Source: Clostridiales bacterium (GTDB lineage Bacteria; Bacillota; Clostridia; Christensenellales; UBA1242). From it: a stretch of 64,000 nucleotides of DNA. Where the stretch lies: assembly GCA_015055905.1 (NCBI GenBank), contig SVHI01000002.1:11869-75868 (forward strand). The letters are read 5' to 3'. Below the pieces are notes generated by a model. It was given only the letters and a program-made list of their open reading frames with translations. It made no database searches and was not told the origin of the DNA. This document shows, piece by piece, positions 55,077 through 64,000 of the stretch. Both the position numbers and the translations under genes were made by a program. Every line of letters begins with the position of its first letter. The stretch's first letter is position 1.

Positions 55077-56513
55077 TTGGTTGAAAACGAGATTAAAGAA
55101 GAAAAAAAATCCGCAAAATTACCAAAAAACTACGAAAAATTCATTAAAAAAATAAGATTTACTAGAAAAAAAGTAAAAAAACAACTTAACAATAAAGAAA
55201 AGAAAAATACAAAAAGAATTGTTAAGTGTAACAAAAAAATCTTATCCCGAAAAGAAAAAGGAAAAGACATTTATTTAAAGATTAATGAATTTAACACCAA
55301 CGGAAAAAAGACAGTAGTTTATTTTATTGATTCTTATTATCCAATTATTGATGGTGTTGTTTCGGTTCTTGATAATTATGCGACATATATGTCAGAATAT
55401 TACAATGTTGTTGTGTGTTGTCCAAAACATAAAAACAAAACTTATGTGAGTGACAAATATTTTGTGTTAGGAGCAAACTCACTTTATTTCAAAGCTCAAG
55501 GTTATGATTATGCCTTGCCAGTGTTTGATGCAACATTTAATTATTATATTTCATTATTAAAAATTGACTTAATTCATATTAATGCACCATTTAATATGGG
55601 TAATTTTGGTTTGGAACTTGCTAAGCGTAGAAATATTCCAAGCATAACAACATTCCACAGTCAATTTAGACAAGATTTTTATAAAGCCACAAACAGTGAA
55701 CTTTTGTCTATAATTCTCTCAGGAATGATTATGAATGTTTATCAAAATTCAACAACAACCATTACAATGAATGAGTTTGCTGCTGGAATTATGAGAAGTT
55801 ATGGTTTGAAGAGAAAAAAAATTGAAATAGTTCCAAATGCTACAAGTTTGGTTTATAAAGATTTTGATGAAACATTAGAAAATAGTATTTTAAATAAACA
55901 TAAAATTGATAAAAATAAATTTAATTTAATTTTTATTGGAAGGTTTGTTAAAGTTAAAAATATTGATTTTATTTTAGAATGTATAAAAGAATTAAGAAAA
56001 ACTCACAAAGATTTTTCTATGATTTTTGTAGGTTATGGTCCAGAAGAAAACGCTATGAAAAAATACTGTGCCGAGAATGGGTTAGTTAATAATGTTATTT
56101 TTACTGGAAAGATTTTAAATGAAGATGAAAAGGCAATTATTATAAAAAATAGTAACTTATTAGTCTTTCCATCAACTTATGACACAGATGGTATTATTAA
56201 AATTGAATGTGCTTGTTATTCAGTTCCAACAATTTGTTTTGAAAACACAGGTGTTTCTTCAGGTTTTGTAAATAACGAGACTGCCTTTATAACAAAAAAT
56301 AATAAAGAAGAATTCGTTGAGAAATTAAGATTTATTTTAGATAATCCAGACATTGCAAAACAAATAGGGGATAATGCTAGAAAAGAAACATATATCACTT
56401 GGAAAGATGTTGGAAAAAAACTTAAGGTTATTTATGATAGATTGTTAAATACCAAAAATCTTAAAAATGCCAAGAAAAATAAAGATAAAACCACTAAAAA
56501 AACAAAGATTTAA
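55077..56513 (+). CDS. GT4-family glycosyltransferase with a Lys-rich N-terminal extension and a Lys-rich C-terminal tail
   Basis: 478 aa. TTG start 9 nt after AGGAG. GT-B features IFIGRF...K, and the VFPSTYDTDGIIKIECACYSVP region (E-x7-E-like). Confidence 0.7.
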   Translation: MVENEIKEEKKSAKLPKNYEKFIKKIRFTRKKVKKQLNNKEKKNTKRIVKCNKKILSRKEKGKDIYLKINEFNTNGKKTVVYFIDSYYPIIDGVVSVLDNYATYMSEYYNVVVCCPKHKNKTYVSDKYFVLGANSLYFKAQGYDYALPVFDATFNYYISLLKIDLIHINAPFNMGNFGLELAKRRNIPSITTFHSQFRQDFYKATNSELLSIILSGMIMNVYQNSTTTITMNEFAAGIMRSYGLKRKKIEIVPNATSLVYKDFDETLENSILNKHKIDKNKFNLIFIGRFVKVKNIDFILECIKELRKTHKDFSMIFVGYGPEENAMKKYCAENGLVNNVIFTGKILNEDEKAIIIKNSNLLVFPSTYDTDGIIKIECACYSVPTICFENTGVSSGFVNNETAFITKNNKEEFVEKLRFILDNPDIAKQIGDNARKETYITWKDVGKKLKVIYDRLLNTKNLKNAKKNKDKTTKKTKI

Positions 56514-56966
56514 TTTAGAAAACTTCGAAAATTTATAAAAGGTTCGATTTCCTAAAAAAATCGCAAAAAAATTAATAAAATAATATAAAATTATATAAAA
56601 AATATAGTTTTTTAATAAATATCCGTTAAATAGGGCAGTGAAAATTGCATCAACAGATATGATAAAACACTCAAAAATTGATTCTCTTAAAGATAAATTC
56701 TTGGGTGTTTTTTTGTTTGTTTCGAAAATATAAATTACACCTAGTGTTATTAAAAAAATTCCATTTATCAAATTACAAATTTCTTTATCAAAATAACTCA
56801 TAATTGTTTTTGATAAAAGTAGTGGTATTAAAAAAAGAATAGTTGATAGGGTAGAGATGAATATTATGGTTGATAGTTTAATTTTGTTTTCTCTCATTCC
56901 ATAAGAAATTCCAAAAGAAAGAGCGTCAATATTTACGCAAAGTAAGATTATAATGAATGACAACAT
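56445..56966 (-). CDS. ytaF: YtaF-like sporulation membrane protein (MntP/DUF204-like)
   Basis: 173 aa. The N-terminus NIDALSFGISYGMRENKIKL resembles B. subtilis YtaF. Multi-pass membrane protein. Confidence 0.55.
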   Translation of the reverse strand: MLSFIIILLCVNIDALSFGISYGMRENKIKLSTIIFISTLSTILFLIPLLLSKTIMSYFDKEICNLINGIFLITLGVIYIFETNKKTPKNLSLRESIFECFIISVDAIFTALFNGYLLKNYIFYIILYYFINFFAIFLGNRTFYKFSKFSKLNLCFFSGFIFIFLGIFKIFGI

Positions 56967-57058
56967 AGTTTATTTTATGATAAATTTGCTTGTATTGTTT
57001 GCAATTAGCGAAAAATATATTATAATTAGAATGATAAAAACTAGAATAGGGGGACATA

Positions 57059-57844
57059 ATGGGAAGAATTATTGCATTTGCAAATCAAAAGGGTGGTGTT
57101 GGAAAGACAACAACCTGTGTTAATATGGCATCTTATATGGCTTTAATGGGGAAAAGAGTTCTTTTAATAGACCTTGACCCTCAAGGAAATGCGACAAGTA
57201 ACCTTGGTTTTTCAAAAGATGGCAAATACAATTCAATTTATCAAGCAATGAGTCAAGAAAAGAATGTAAAAGACTGCATTTATAGCACAAATATCCCAGG
57301 ACTTGAGATTATTCCATCAAATATAGACCTTGCAGGTATCGAAGTTGAGCTTGTTTATATGACTCAAAGAGAGTATGTAATTAAGAAAATATTTGATGAA
57401 ATTAAGAATAATTATGATTTCATAACTATTGATTGTCCACCATCACTTGGGCTTTTAACAATTAATGCTTTTACTGGTTCAGATGCTGTAATTATTCCAA
57501 TTCAATGTGAATTTTTTGCACTCGAAGGTCTTAGTCAATTAATGAACACAATTAGGCTTGTAAAAAAGAAACTTAATTCAAATATTTCGATTGATGGTGT
57601 TGTTTTAACAATGAGAGATTCTCGTAGTAATCTTGGAAAACAAGTTGCTGAAGAAATTAAGAAGTTTTTTGCTGGAACAGTTTTTGAAACAACAATTCCT
57701 AGAAATGTTAGACTTGCTGAGTCTCCAAGTTATGGAGAACCAATTTATATATATGATAAGAATTGTGTTGGTGCAAAAGCTTATAAAAATTTGACCGAAG
57801 AGTATTTTTTAAAAAATGATATTAATTTTAAGGTTTTAAACTAA
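57059..57844 (+). CDS. parA: chromosome partitioning ATPase ParA/Soj
   Basis: 261 aa. Deviant Walker A ANQKGGVGKTT. GGGGGA Shine-Dalgarno. Confidence 0.95.
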   Translation: MGRIIAFANQKGGVGKTTTCVNMASYMALMGKRVLLIDLDPQGNATSNLGFSKDGKYNSIYQAMSQEKNVKDCIYSTNIPGLEIIPSNIDLAGIEVELVYMTQREYVIKKIFDEIKNNYDFITIDCPPSLGLLTINAFTGSDAVIIPIQCEFFALEGLSQLMNTIRLVKKKLNSNISIDGVVLTMRDSRSNLGKQVAEEIKKFFAGTVFETTIPRNVRLAESPSYGEPIYIYDKNCVGAKAYKNLTEEYFLKNDINFKVLN

Positions 57845-57854
57845 GGAGTTTTAT

Positions 57855-58739
57855 ATGAAAAGAGGACTAGGAAGAGGTTTAGATTCGTTATTTGGTGAAT
57901 ATTCAGCAGAAGAACCTGCTGAAGTTAAAGAAAAAGTGGTTGAAAAGGTTGAAAAAGTTGTTGTTAATGAACCAAAAGAGATAGATATTGGTTTAATTGA
58001 TAGAAATCCAGACCAACCTAGAAAGATTTTTGAAGAAACAGCATTGCAAGAACTTGCAGATTCAATTAAGAATCACGGTGTAATTCAACCAATTATTGTT
58101 AAAGAGAATGAGGGAAGATATGTTATTATTGCAGGTGAAAGAAGATGGAGAGCATCAAGACTTGCTGGAATAAAAACAATCCCTTGTGTTGTAAAAAATT
58201 ACACAGAGCGTGAAATTAGTGAAATTGCAATTATTGAAAACCTTCAAAGAGAAGATTTAAACCCAATAGAATCAGCAAAAGCAATTAGAAACCTTATTAA
58301 TCAATATGATTTAACTCAAGATGAAGTTGCTGATAAAATTGGAAAGAGTAGACCTGCTGTTGCTAACACATTAAGACTTTTGGCATTGCCAGAGAATATT
58401 ATTTCATTAGTTGAGAATAATAAAATCACTGCAGGACACGCAAGAGCACTTCTTGCTGTAGATGATTCAGCTAAACAAAAAGAAATAGCACTTTCTATTA
58501 TTGAAAACGATTTAACTGTTCGTGATGTTGAAAATTTAATCAAAGCACTCAATAAACCAGTTGTTGAAAAACAAGTTAAGGTTCAAAGTTTAGAATTGAA
58601 AGATTTTTCAGAACAAATTAAAAGAGTTCTTTCAACAAAGGTTGAAATTAAGGGCGATGATAATAAAGGAAAGATTGTTATCAATTATTATTCAAAAGAT
58701 GATTTAAATAGAATTTATGATATATTAAACAAGCGTTAA
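57855..58739 (+). CDS. parB: chromosome partitioning protein ParB/Spo0J
   Basis: 294 aa. GLGRGLDSLF start, arginine patch GERRWRA and an HTH region. Confidence 0.95.
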   Translation: MKRGLGRGLDSLFGEYSAEEPAEVKEKVVEKVEKVVVNEPKEIDIGLIDRNPDQPRKIFEETALQELADSIKNHGVIQPIIVKENEGRYVIIAGERRWRASRLAGIKTIPCVVKNYTEREISEIAIIENLQREDLNPIESAKAIRNLINQYDLTQDEVADKIGKSRPAVANTLRLLALPENIISLVENNKITAGHARALLAVDDSAKQKEIALSIIENDLTVRDVENLIKALNKPVVEKQVKVQSLELKDFSEQIKRVLSTKVEIKGDDNKGKIVINYYSKDDLNRIYDILNKR

Positions 58740-58759
58740 ACATCGCTTGTTTTTTATTT

Positions 58760-58775
58760 TGTTTCACGTGAAACA
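58760..58775. promoter_or_regulatory. parS site 1
   Basis: tgtttcacgtgaaaca, a perfect 16-bp palindrome matching the Firmicute parS consensus TGTTNCACGTGAAACA. Confidence 0.9.
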
Positions 58776-58822
58776 AAAATATAAAATAAATATCAAATAA
58801 ATAATAGAAAAATAAAAATAAA

Positions 58823-58838
58823 TGTTTCACGTGAAACA
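58823..58838. promoter_or_regulatory. parS site 2
   Basis: An identical 16-mer. The palindrome extends to ataaatgtttcacgtgaaacatttat. Confidence 0.9.
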
Positions 58839-58864
58839 TTTATTAATTTAGAATGGTGGTTTAT

Positions 58865-58880
58865 TGTTTCACGTGAAACA
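58865..58880. promoter_or_regulatory. parS site 3
   Basis: An identical 16-mer. Confidence 0.9.
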
Positions 58881-58959
58881 ACTGTGTTGTTTAACAATAT
58901 AATTAGATTCTATTAGGTTTAATAAAAATAGTAGGGTAGTTTTAATAAATAAAAAAAGA

Positions 58960-58975
58960 TGTTTCACGTGAAACA
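58960..58975. promoter_or_regulatory. parS site 4 (embedded in a terminator-shaped palindrome after cvpA)
   Basis: An identical 16-mer inside aaaaagatgtttcacgtgaaacatcttttt (58953-58982). Confidence 0.9.
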
Positions 58976-58984
58976 TCTTTTTGT

Positions 58985-59746
58985 TTAACCAAATATTGAA
59001 TAGATGATATCTTCATAGTTTAGCAGGTTGTTTAGTATTCCATTGATTTGTCCATATAACATTCGACCAAAGAATGAACCATTGATATAGTTTTCAATGC
59101 TTGTCATAAATTCGAATGGACTAAGAAGGTTTAAAACAAAGCAGATAATAATTAATGTTAAAAATGCTTTTCCAATACTATAAACTACACCTAAGATATT
59201 ATCTACAACCTTAACAAAACCGTTTTCTCTAAGTTTGTTAATGAGAAGTTTAAATAAGAATAAAATTAAATAGATAAGACCAACACAAACAGCAAATGCA
59301 ATTATCTTTGTATAGAATGATGCGTATGATGAAGCAACAATGTCACCGAGACTTCTAGAAGTTAAACCAGATTCGTGAAGAGTTGTGTAAAGTGAAGGTT
59401 TATTAATGAATAATCTAAACATAAGTCTAGGAATACCAGAAATACTGCTTTCTGCAAGAGTTAACTTAATGAAAGGTGATAAAGATTCTTTTGATAAAGA
59501 AAGCAAGTTAACTGAAAAGTCTGGATTTTGAGCAACAAGGTCTTCTAAGTGTGACTCAAATAAGGCTTGTTCTAGTCCAAATATACTATTTAAAAGTGAT
59601 GCGATTGGTCCACTTAAGAAGAATGCAATCACTAATATTATTCCAAAAGAAAAGTTTGATAAAACGGAAGTCATAAAACCACGTTTTACGCCAATAATTA
59701 TAAATATGACTAAAAATAAAATAAGTCCTAAGTCTAACCAGTTCAT
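58985..59746 (-). CDS. cvpA: CvpA-family membrane protein
   Basis: Start at the ATG at 59744-59746 (MNWLDLGLILFLVIFIIIGVKRGF), with GGGGG upstream. This is the typical CvpA N-terminus. Confidence 0.7.
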   Translation of the reverse strand: MNWLDLGLILFLVIFIIIGVKRGFMTSVLSNFSFGIILVIAFFLSGPIASLLNSIFGLEQALFESHLEDLVAQNPDFSVNLLSLSKESLSPFIKLTLAESSISGIPRLMFRLFINKPSLYTTLHESGLTSRSLGDIVASSYASFYTKIIAFAVCVGLIYLILFLFKLLINKLRENGFVKVVDNILGVVYSIGKAFLTLIIICFVLNLLSPFEFMTSIENYINGSFFGRMLYGQINGILNNLLNYEDIIYSIFG

Positions 59747-59922
59747 AAAGCCCCCTAACAACTATATTATATTATATATTAAAAGATTAGTCTAATTATT
59801 TAACCAAAAATTATAATAAAAAATATACATATTATACAAAATGTGTATAAATAAATTAATAAAAGGATTGATATATTTCATATAAATTGATATAATTAAC
59901 AATGTATTATAATGGAGGTAAT

Positions 59923-62193
59923 ATGAACGAATCAGAGAAAAAAAATCGTGAGACACGAATTAAACAACAAAAGCAATCTTTCTTTAAAAAATTGATTCTT
60001 TGTATAACTGCAATTTTATTAATAACATTGATATTTACTGTTGTTAACAGAAATTCTCAAGGAACAGAAATTGACCTTAATACATTTGAACAAAAGTTAG
60101 ATGCTGGTCAAATAAAAGAAATTAACCTTAATGAAGAAAGAATACAAATATATTATTTAGATGGCGAACCTCATTGGATGTATTCAAGAGACAGTGTTGA
60201 AGATAAAGTTTTAGAACTTTATTATGAAAACAAAAACAATGGTTTAGCAGTTCCAAAACTTGTTTCTGGAACAACCACAACTGTTTCTATTTGGAATATT
60301 CTTTATCCTATATTAATGGTTGTTGGATTTGGTTTTATCTTAATGCTTTTGCTTAGACAAGTTAAGGGTGAAAATAACAAAAGTTTTGAATTTGTTAAGA
60401 GCAGAGCACGTGTAATGCCAAGTAAAACCAAGTTTTCGGACGTTGCTGGTGAAGATGAAGAAAAAGCCGAACTTGAAGATGTTGTAGACTTTTTAAAGAA
60501 CCCACAAAAATATATCGACCTTGGAGCAAAAATTCCTAAAGGTGTATTACTTGTAGGTCCTCCAGGAACAGGTAAAACCTTACTTGCTCGTGCGGTTGCT
60601 GGTGAAGCAGGTGTTCCATTCTTTACAATAAGCGGTTCTGACTTTATGGAATTGTTTGTTGGTGTAGGTGCATCAAGAGTTAGAGATTTATTTGAAAACG
60701 CCAAGAAAGCAAAACCAAGCATTATCTTTATTGATGAAATTGATGCTGTTGGCCGTCAACGTGGTGCTGGTCTTGGTGGTGGAAATGATGAAAGAGAACA
60801 AACTCTTAACCAATTATTAGTTCAAATGGATGGTTTCGAAGCAAATGAAGGCGTTATTGTAATGGCTGCAACAAACCGTGTTGATATTCTTGACCCAGCG
60901 CTCCTTAGACCTGGTAGATTTGATAGAAGAGTTAACATAAACATTCCTGATATTAAAGGAAGAGAAGAAATTCTTAAAGTTCACGCTAAAAACAAACCTT
61001 TATCTAAAGATGTAGATTTAAAAACTATTGCAAGAATAACTTCAGGATTTACTGGTGCTGAGATTGAAAACCTTTTAAATGAGGCAGCAATCTTGACAGC
61101 AAAAGAAAACAGAAAAGAAATCACTGAAGAAGATATTCAAAAATCAATGATGAAAGTAACCCTTGGACCACAAAAGAAGAGTAGGGTTATTGATGAAAAA
61201 GAAAAATATAACACAGCTATTCACGAATCAGGACACGCTCTTATGCATAAGCTTGCAAAAGAAAAGACTCCTGTTCAAGAAGTTTCTATTATTCCACGTG
61301 GTGGTGCTGGTGGATATACATTATCTGCTGATGATGACCACTTGTTATACTACAAAGAAACACTTTATTGTAAAATTCAATCACTCCTTGGTGGTATTGT
61401 TGCTGAAAAACTTTTTGTTGGAGATATTTCAACTGGTGCATCAAGTGATTTGAAGCGTGCAACAAGCATCGCTAAACGTATGGTTACCGAATGGGGTATG
61501 AGTGATGAAATGGGTATGGTTTATTCAGGAAGTGATGGAGATATCTTTGTTGGAAAGAACTATCAAGAAAGAATGCCATATAGTGAAGCTCAAGCCGCTA
61601 GAATTGACGAAGAAGTTAAAAAGATTATTGATAAATGTCAAAAAGATACTGAAAAGTTATTAAATAATAACAAAAAGAAACTTTTAACAATGGCTAATGT
61701 ATTGATTGAGAAAGAAACAATCTATGCAGAAGAAGTTGATATGATTTTAGCTGGTAAGTCTAAAGAAGAAATTATCGAGTATATTGATAATAAAGACAAG
61801 AAAAAATCAACTGATTCTACAGAAGAGACAAAAGAAGAAAATATAGAAACAAAAATCGAAGAAAAAGTTGATGAAATTGTTAAAGAAAATAATGAAAAAA
61901 ACGCAAATTTAACTGATTCTAAATTTAAAAGTGTAGATGAACTTTTAGAAATTGCTAAAAAAAGAGAAGAAATGGGTTTAAAAAATGAAACAAAAATCGA
62001 AGAAAAATCTGTAGAAAATCAAAACGAAGTTTCTAAAGAAGAAAAACCCAAGAAAACAACAACTAGAAAGACATCTACTACTAAAAAAACCTCAACAAAA
62101 ACAACTCAAAAGAAAACAGATACAGCAAAGAAAACTACAACAAGAAAACCAACAACAAAAACAACAAAGAAAGAAGTGAAGAAAGATGAGTAA
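59923..62193 (+). CDS. ftsH: ATP-dependent zinc metalloprotease FtsH with a long Lys/Glu/Thr-rich C-terminal tail
   Basis: ATG at 59923, preceded by GGAGG. Walker A GPPGTGKT, Walker B IIFIDEID, zinc motif HESGHAL. Confidence 0.95.
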   Translation: MNESEKKNRETRIKQQKQSFFKKLILCITAILLITLIFTVVNRNSQGTEIDLNTFEQKLDAGQIKEINLNEERIQIYYLDGEPHWMYSRDSVEDKVLELYYENKNNGLAVPKLVSGTTTTVSIWNILYPILMVVGFGFILMLLLRQVKGENNKSFEFVKSRARVMPSKTKFSDVAGEDEEKAELEDVVDFLKNPQKYIDLGAKIPKGVLLVGPPGTGKTLLARAVAGEAGVPFFTISGSDFMELFVGVGASRVRDLFENAKKAKPSIIFIDEIDAVGRQRGAGLGGGNDEREQTLNQLLVQMDGFEANEGVIVMAATNRVDILDPALLRPGRFDRRVNINIPDIKGREEILKVHAKNKPLSKDVDLKTIARITSGFTGAEIENLLNEAAILTAKENRKEITEEDIQKSMMKVTLGPQKKSRVIDEKEKYNTAIHESGHALMHKLAKEKTPVQEVSIIPRGGAGGYTLSADDDHLLYYKETLYCKIQSLLGGIVAEKLFVGDISTGASSDLKRATSIAKRMVTEWGMSDEMGMVYSGSDGDIFVGKNYQERMPYSEAQAARIDEEVKKIIDKCQKDTEKLLNNNKKKLLTMANVLIEKETIYAEEVDMILAGKSKEEIIEYIDNKDKKKSTDSTEETKEENIETKIEEKVDEIVKENNEKNANLTDSKFKSVDELLEIAKKREEMGLKNETKIEEKSVENQNEVSKEEKPKKTTTRKTSTTKKTSTKTTQKKTDTAKKTTTRKPTTKTTKKEVKKDE

Positions 62194-62776
62194 TTTAAAG
62201 AAAATATTTATGATTTCATCTGCTGTTGTTGTTTCTGTTATAATTGCTCTAATTGTAACACTTAGTAATGTTAGGTCAAATGTTCGCATTGATTATTCAA
62301 GCGCACTATATGTTCATATATTCAACCATTCAACAGTTGCTATGGATTCAAAAAAATATCAAGATGAAGATGGTGGATATGATGATGTTATTTCAAAAAT
62401 AAATGAAATAACAAATGTAACAGCTCTTGAAAAATTGTTAAACAGAGTTAGTCTTGATAAGAAGATTGTTCAAGACGCAGACAAACAATATGTAAAATGG
62501 TCAACAGACTTAAAAAACAAAAACATTGTTATTGAGTTTACTTATGACAAAGAGCAAGATTTAGTTGTTTATAAAAACGGAAAATCAAGAGTTATATCTT
62601 ATTGGTGTTTGGCTCTTGTTGTTCCATCAAATAGCGAATTTACTGAAATTATTGCTTATTATTCAAACACAAACGAAACCACAGGTAGTGCAAAAGATGA
62701 ATCTTATGCTTCTTGTGAACCACTTGTGCTTTATGGTGATTTCGCTGAGTTTTATGAATATATGAATTCATTATAA
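62186..62776 (+). CDS. hypothetical membrane-anchored protein (196 aa)
   Basis: It overlaps the ftsH stop by 8 nt. It has one N-terminal TM helix (ISSAVVVSVIIALIVTL). Confidence 0.6.
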   Translation: MSNLKKIFMISSAVVVSVIIALIVTLSNVRSNVRIDYSSALYVHIFNHSTVAMDSKKYQDEDGGYDDVISKINEITNVTALEKLLNRVSLDKKIVQDADKQYVKWSTDLKNKNIVIEFTYDKEQDLVVYKNGKSRVISYWCLALVVPSNSEFTEIIAYYSNTNETTGSAKDESYASCEPLVLYGDFAEFYEYMNSL

Positions 62777-62807
62777 AAAAATACCGAGAATTTTCTCGGT
62801 ATTTTTC
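62777..62807. terminator. bidirectional intrinsic terminator
   Basis: aaaaaataccgaga-attt-tctcggtattttt, between convergent genes. Confidence 0.75.
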
Positions 62808-62825
62808 TTTTATTTAATTTAATTT

Positions 62826-63923
62826 TTAAACATTGAATTTGAAAAGGATTACGTCACCATCTTGAACAACATAATCTTTTCCTTCACTTCTCACTTTTCC
62901 TGCTTCTTTTGCTTGGTTGTAACCACCATATTCAACAAGGTTTGCATAAGAAACAACGTCTGCTTTAATGAAACCTTTTTCAAAGTCTGTGTGAATTTTT
63001 CCTGCAGCGCCAGGTGCTTTTGTTCCTTTTACAATTGTCCAAGCACGAACTTCTTTTTCACCAGCGGTTAAGTATGAAATTTGACCAAGTGTTTCATAGC
63101 CAATTTGAATAACTTTTTCAAGACCGCTTTTTGAAAGCCCCAAATCTTCTAAGAACATTTGTTTTTCGTCATCTTCAAGTTCAGAAAGTTCTTGTTCAAT
63201 TTTAGCACATACAACCAAAACTTTTGAGTTTTCTTGTTTAGCAAATTTTTTAACAAGGTTAACATATTTAAGTTCGTCTTCTGGTGTTGCTAAATCTTTT
63301 TCAGAAACATTACAAGCATAGATAACCGGTTTTGTTGTTAATAAGAAATAGCCATTAGCAATTTTTTGCTCGTCTTCATTTTTAATAACAAGTCTTGCTG
63401 GTTTGCCTTCATTTAAAACATCGCTCATTCTCTTGAGTAAATCAAGTTCAATAGCGAGGTCCTTGTTTCCTTGTTTAACCATTTTTTCAGTTTTTTCAAG
63501 TTTGGTTTTAATTGATTCAAGGTCAGCAAGTGCAAGTTCTGTGTTGATTGTTTCAATATCAGCGATAGGGTCGATTGTTCCGTTAACGTGGGTGATATTT
63601 GAATCATCAAAACATCTAACAACGTGAACAATAGCATCACATTCACGGATTGCCCCTAAGAACTTGTTTCCTAAACCTTCACCGCGTGAAGCACCTTTAA
63701 CGAGACCTGCAATATCAACAAATTTTAAAACTGCTGGTGTAATTTTTTTTGTGTTATACATTTTTCCAAGAACATCAAGCCTTTCGTCTGGAACGGCAAC
63801 AACACCAACGTTTGGTTCAATTGTGCAGAATGGGTAGTTTGCAACTTCAGCACCGACCTTTGTTATAGCATTAAATAAAGTAGATTTTCCAACATTTGGA
63901 AGTCCAACAACTCCAAGTTCCAT
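62826..63923 (-). CDS. ychF: ribosome-binding ATPase YchF (Obg-like)
   Basis: 365 aa. G1 motif GLPNVGKST and the TGS-like C-terminus VVQDGDVILFKFNV. Confidence 0.95.
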   Translation of the reverse strand: MELGVVGLPNVGKSTLFNAITKVGAEVANYPFCTIEPNVGVVAVPDERLDVLGKMYNTKKITPAVLKFVDIAGLVKGASRGEGLGNKFLGAIRECDAIVHVVRCFDDSNITHVNGTIDPIADIETINTELALADLESIKTKLEKTEKMVKQGNKDLAIELDLLKRMSDVLNEGKPARLVIKNEDEQKIANGYFLLTTKPVIYACNVSEKDLATPEDELKYVNLVKKFAKQENSKVLVVCAKIEQELSELEDDEKQMFLEDLGLSKSGLEKVIQIGYETLGQISYLTAGEKEVRAWTIVKGTKAPGAAGKIHTDFEKGFIKADVVSYANLVEYGGYNQAKEAGKVRSEGKDYVVQDGDVILFKFNV

Positions 63924-64000
63924 ATTATTCTCCTTAAGAATTTATATTTACGATATTGATTATACATTAAATTTTGTTAAAAATAAAGTGTTAGAGCATA

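Noticed and set aside
58757-58982. Four identical short repeats with spacers could suggest a miniature CRISPR array.
   Set aside because: The repeat is only 16 bp, the spacers are irregular (47, 26 and 79 bp), and there are no cas genes. The sequence is exactly the ParB-binding parS consensus, directly after parB.
1-64000. oriC or a DnaA-box cluster, given the origin-proximal gene set.
   Set aside because: By eye I found no cluster of TTATCCACA-like boxes in any intergenic region, and dnaA/dnaN are not in the window. A single ctatccaca lies inside fbp and is not meaningful.

Overview
This is a chromosomal segment of an AT-rich, endospore-forming Firmicute that looks Clostridia-like. By eye it is about one third GC. 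All calls come from reading motifs in the supplied ORFs and the DNA; no database search was run.

The gene content is mostly housekeeping and matches the origin-proximal set of Firmicutes:
- Replication and translation: dnaB, the rpsF-ssb-rpsR operon, ychF, ftsH, leuS and cca.
- Segregation: parA-parB followed by four perfect parS palindromes.
- Sporulation: a complete gerA-type germinant receptor operon (A-B-C) and a ytaF-like gene.
- Central metabolism: pflB-pflA, class 3 fbp, an iron alcohol dehydrogenase, and a five-gene glycogen cluster (malQ-glgB-glgA-glgP-GH13).
- Transport and envelope: a heterodimeric ABC exporter pair, a P-type ATPase, and EpsG-like and GT4 envelope genes.
- RNA genes: one tRNA-Arg(CCU).
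- About ten proteins with no recognisable family.

I saw no CRISPR array, integrase, transposase or rRNA.

The best candidate for an undescribed system is a terminator-bounded three-gene operon at 14427-17182. It encodes a ParM/Alp-type actin-like ATPase, preceded by an unknown 231 aa protein and followed by a 275 aa protein with a long Met/Pro/Gln-rich disordered region and a short C-terminal peptide. It has no ParR-like adaptor and no visible centromere repeats.

Other unusual points:
- The glycogen branching enzyme carries a C-terminal tail with five near-canonical AT-hook (RGRP) motifs, encoded by a 114-bp tandem repeat.
- Lys/Thr-rich tails recur on several housekeeping proteins.
- DnaB has a 75 aa acidic tail ending in an SSB-tip-like DDEIF.
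- The parS sites are embedded in hairpin or terminator palindromes.

Functions assigned to the unknowns are inference only.
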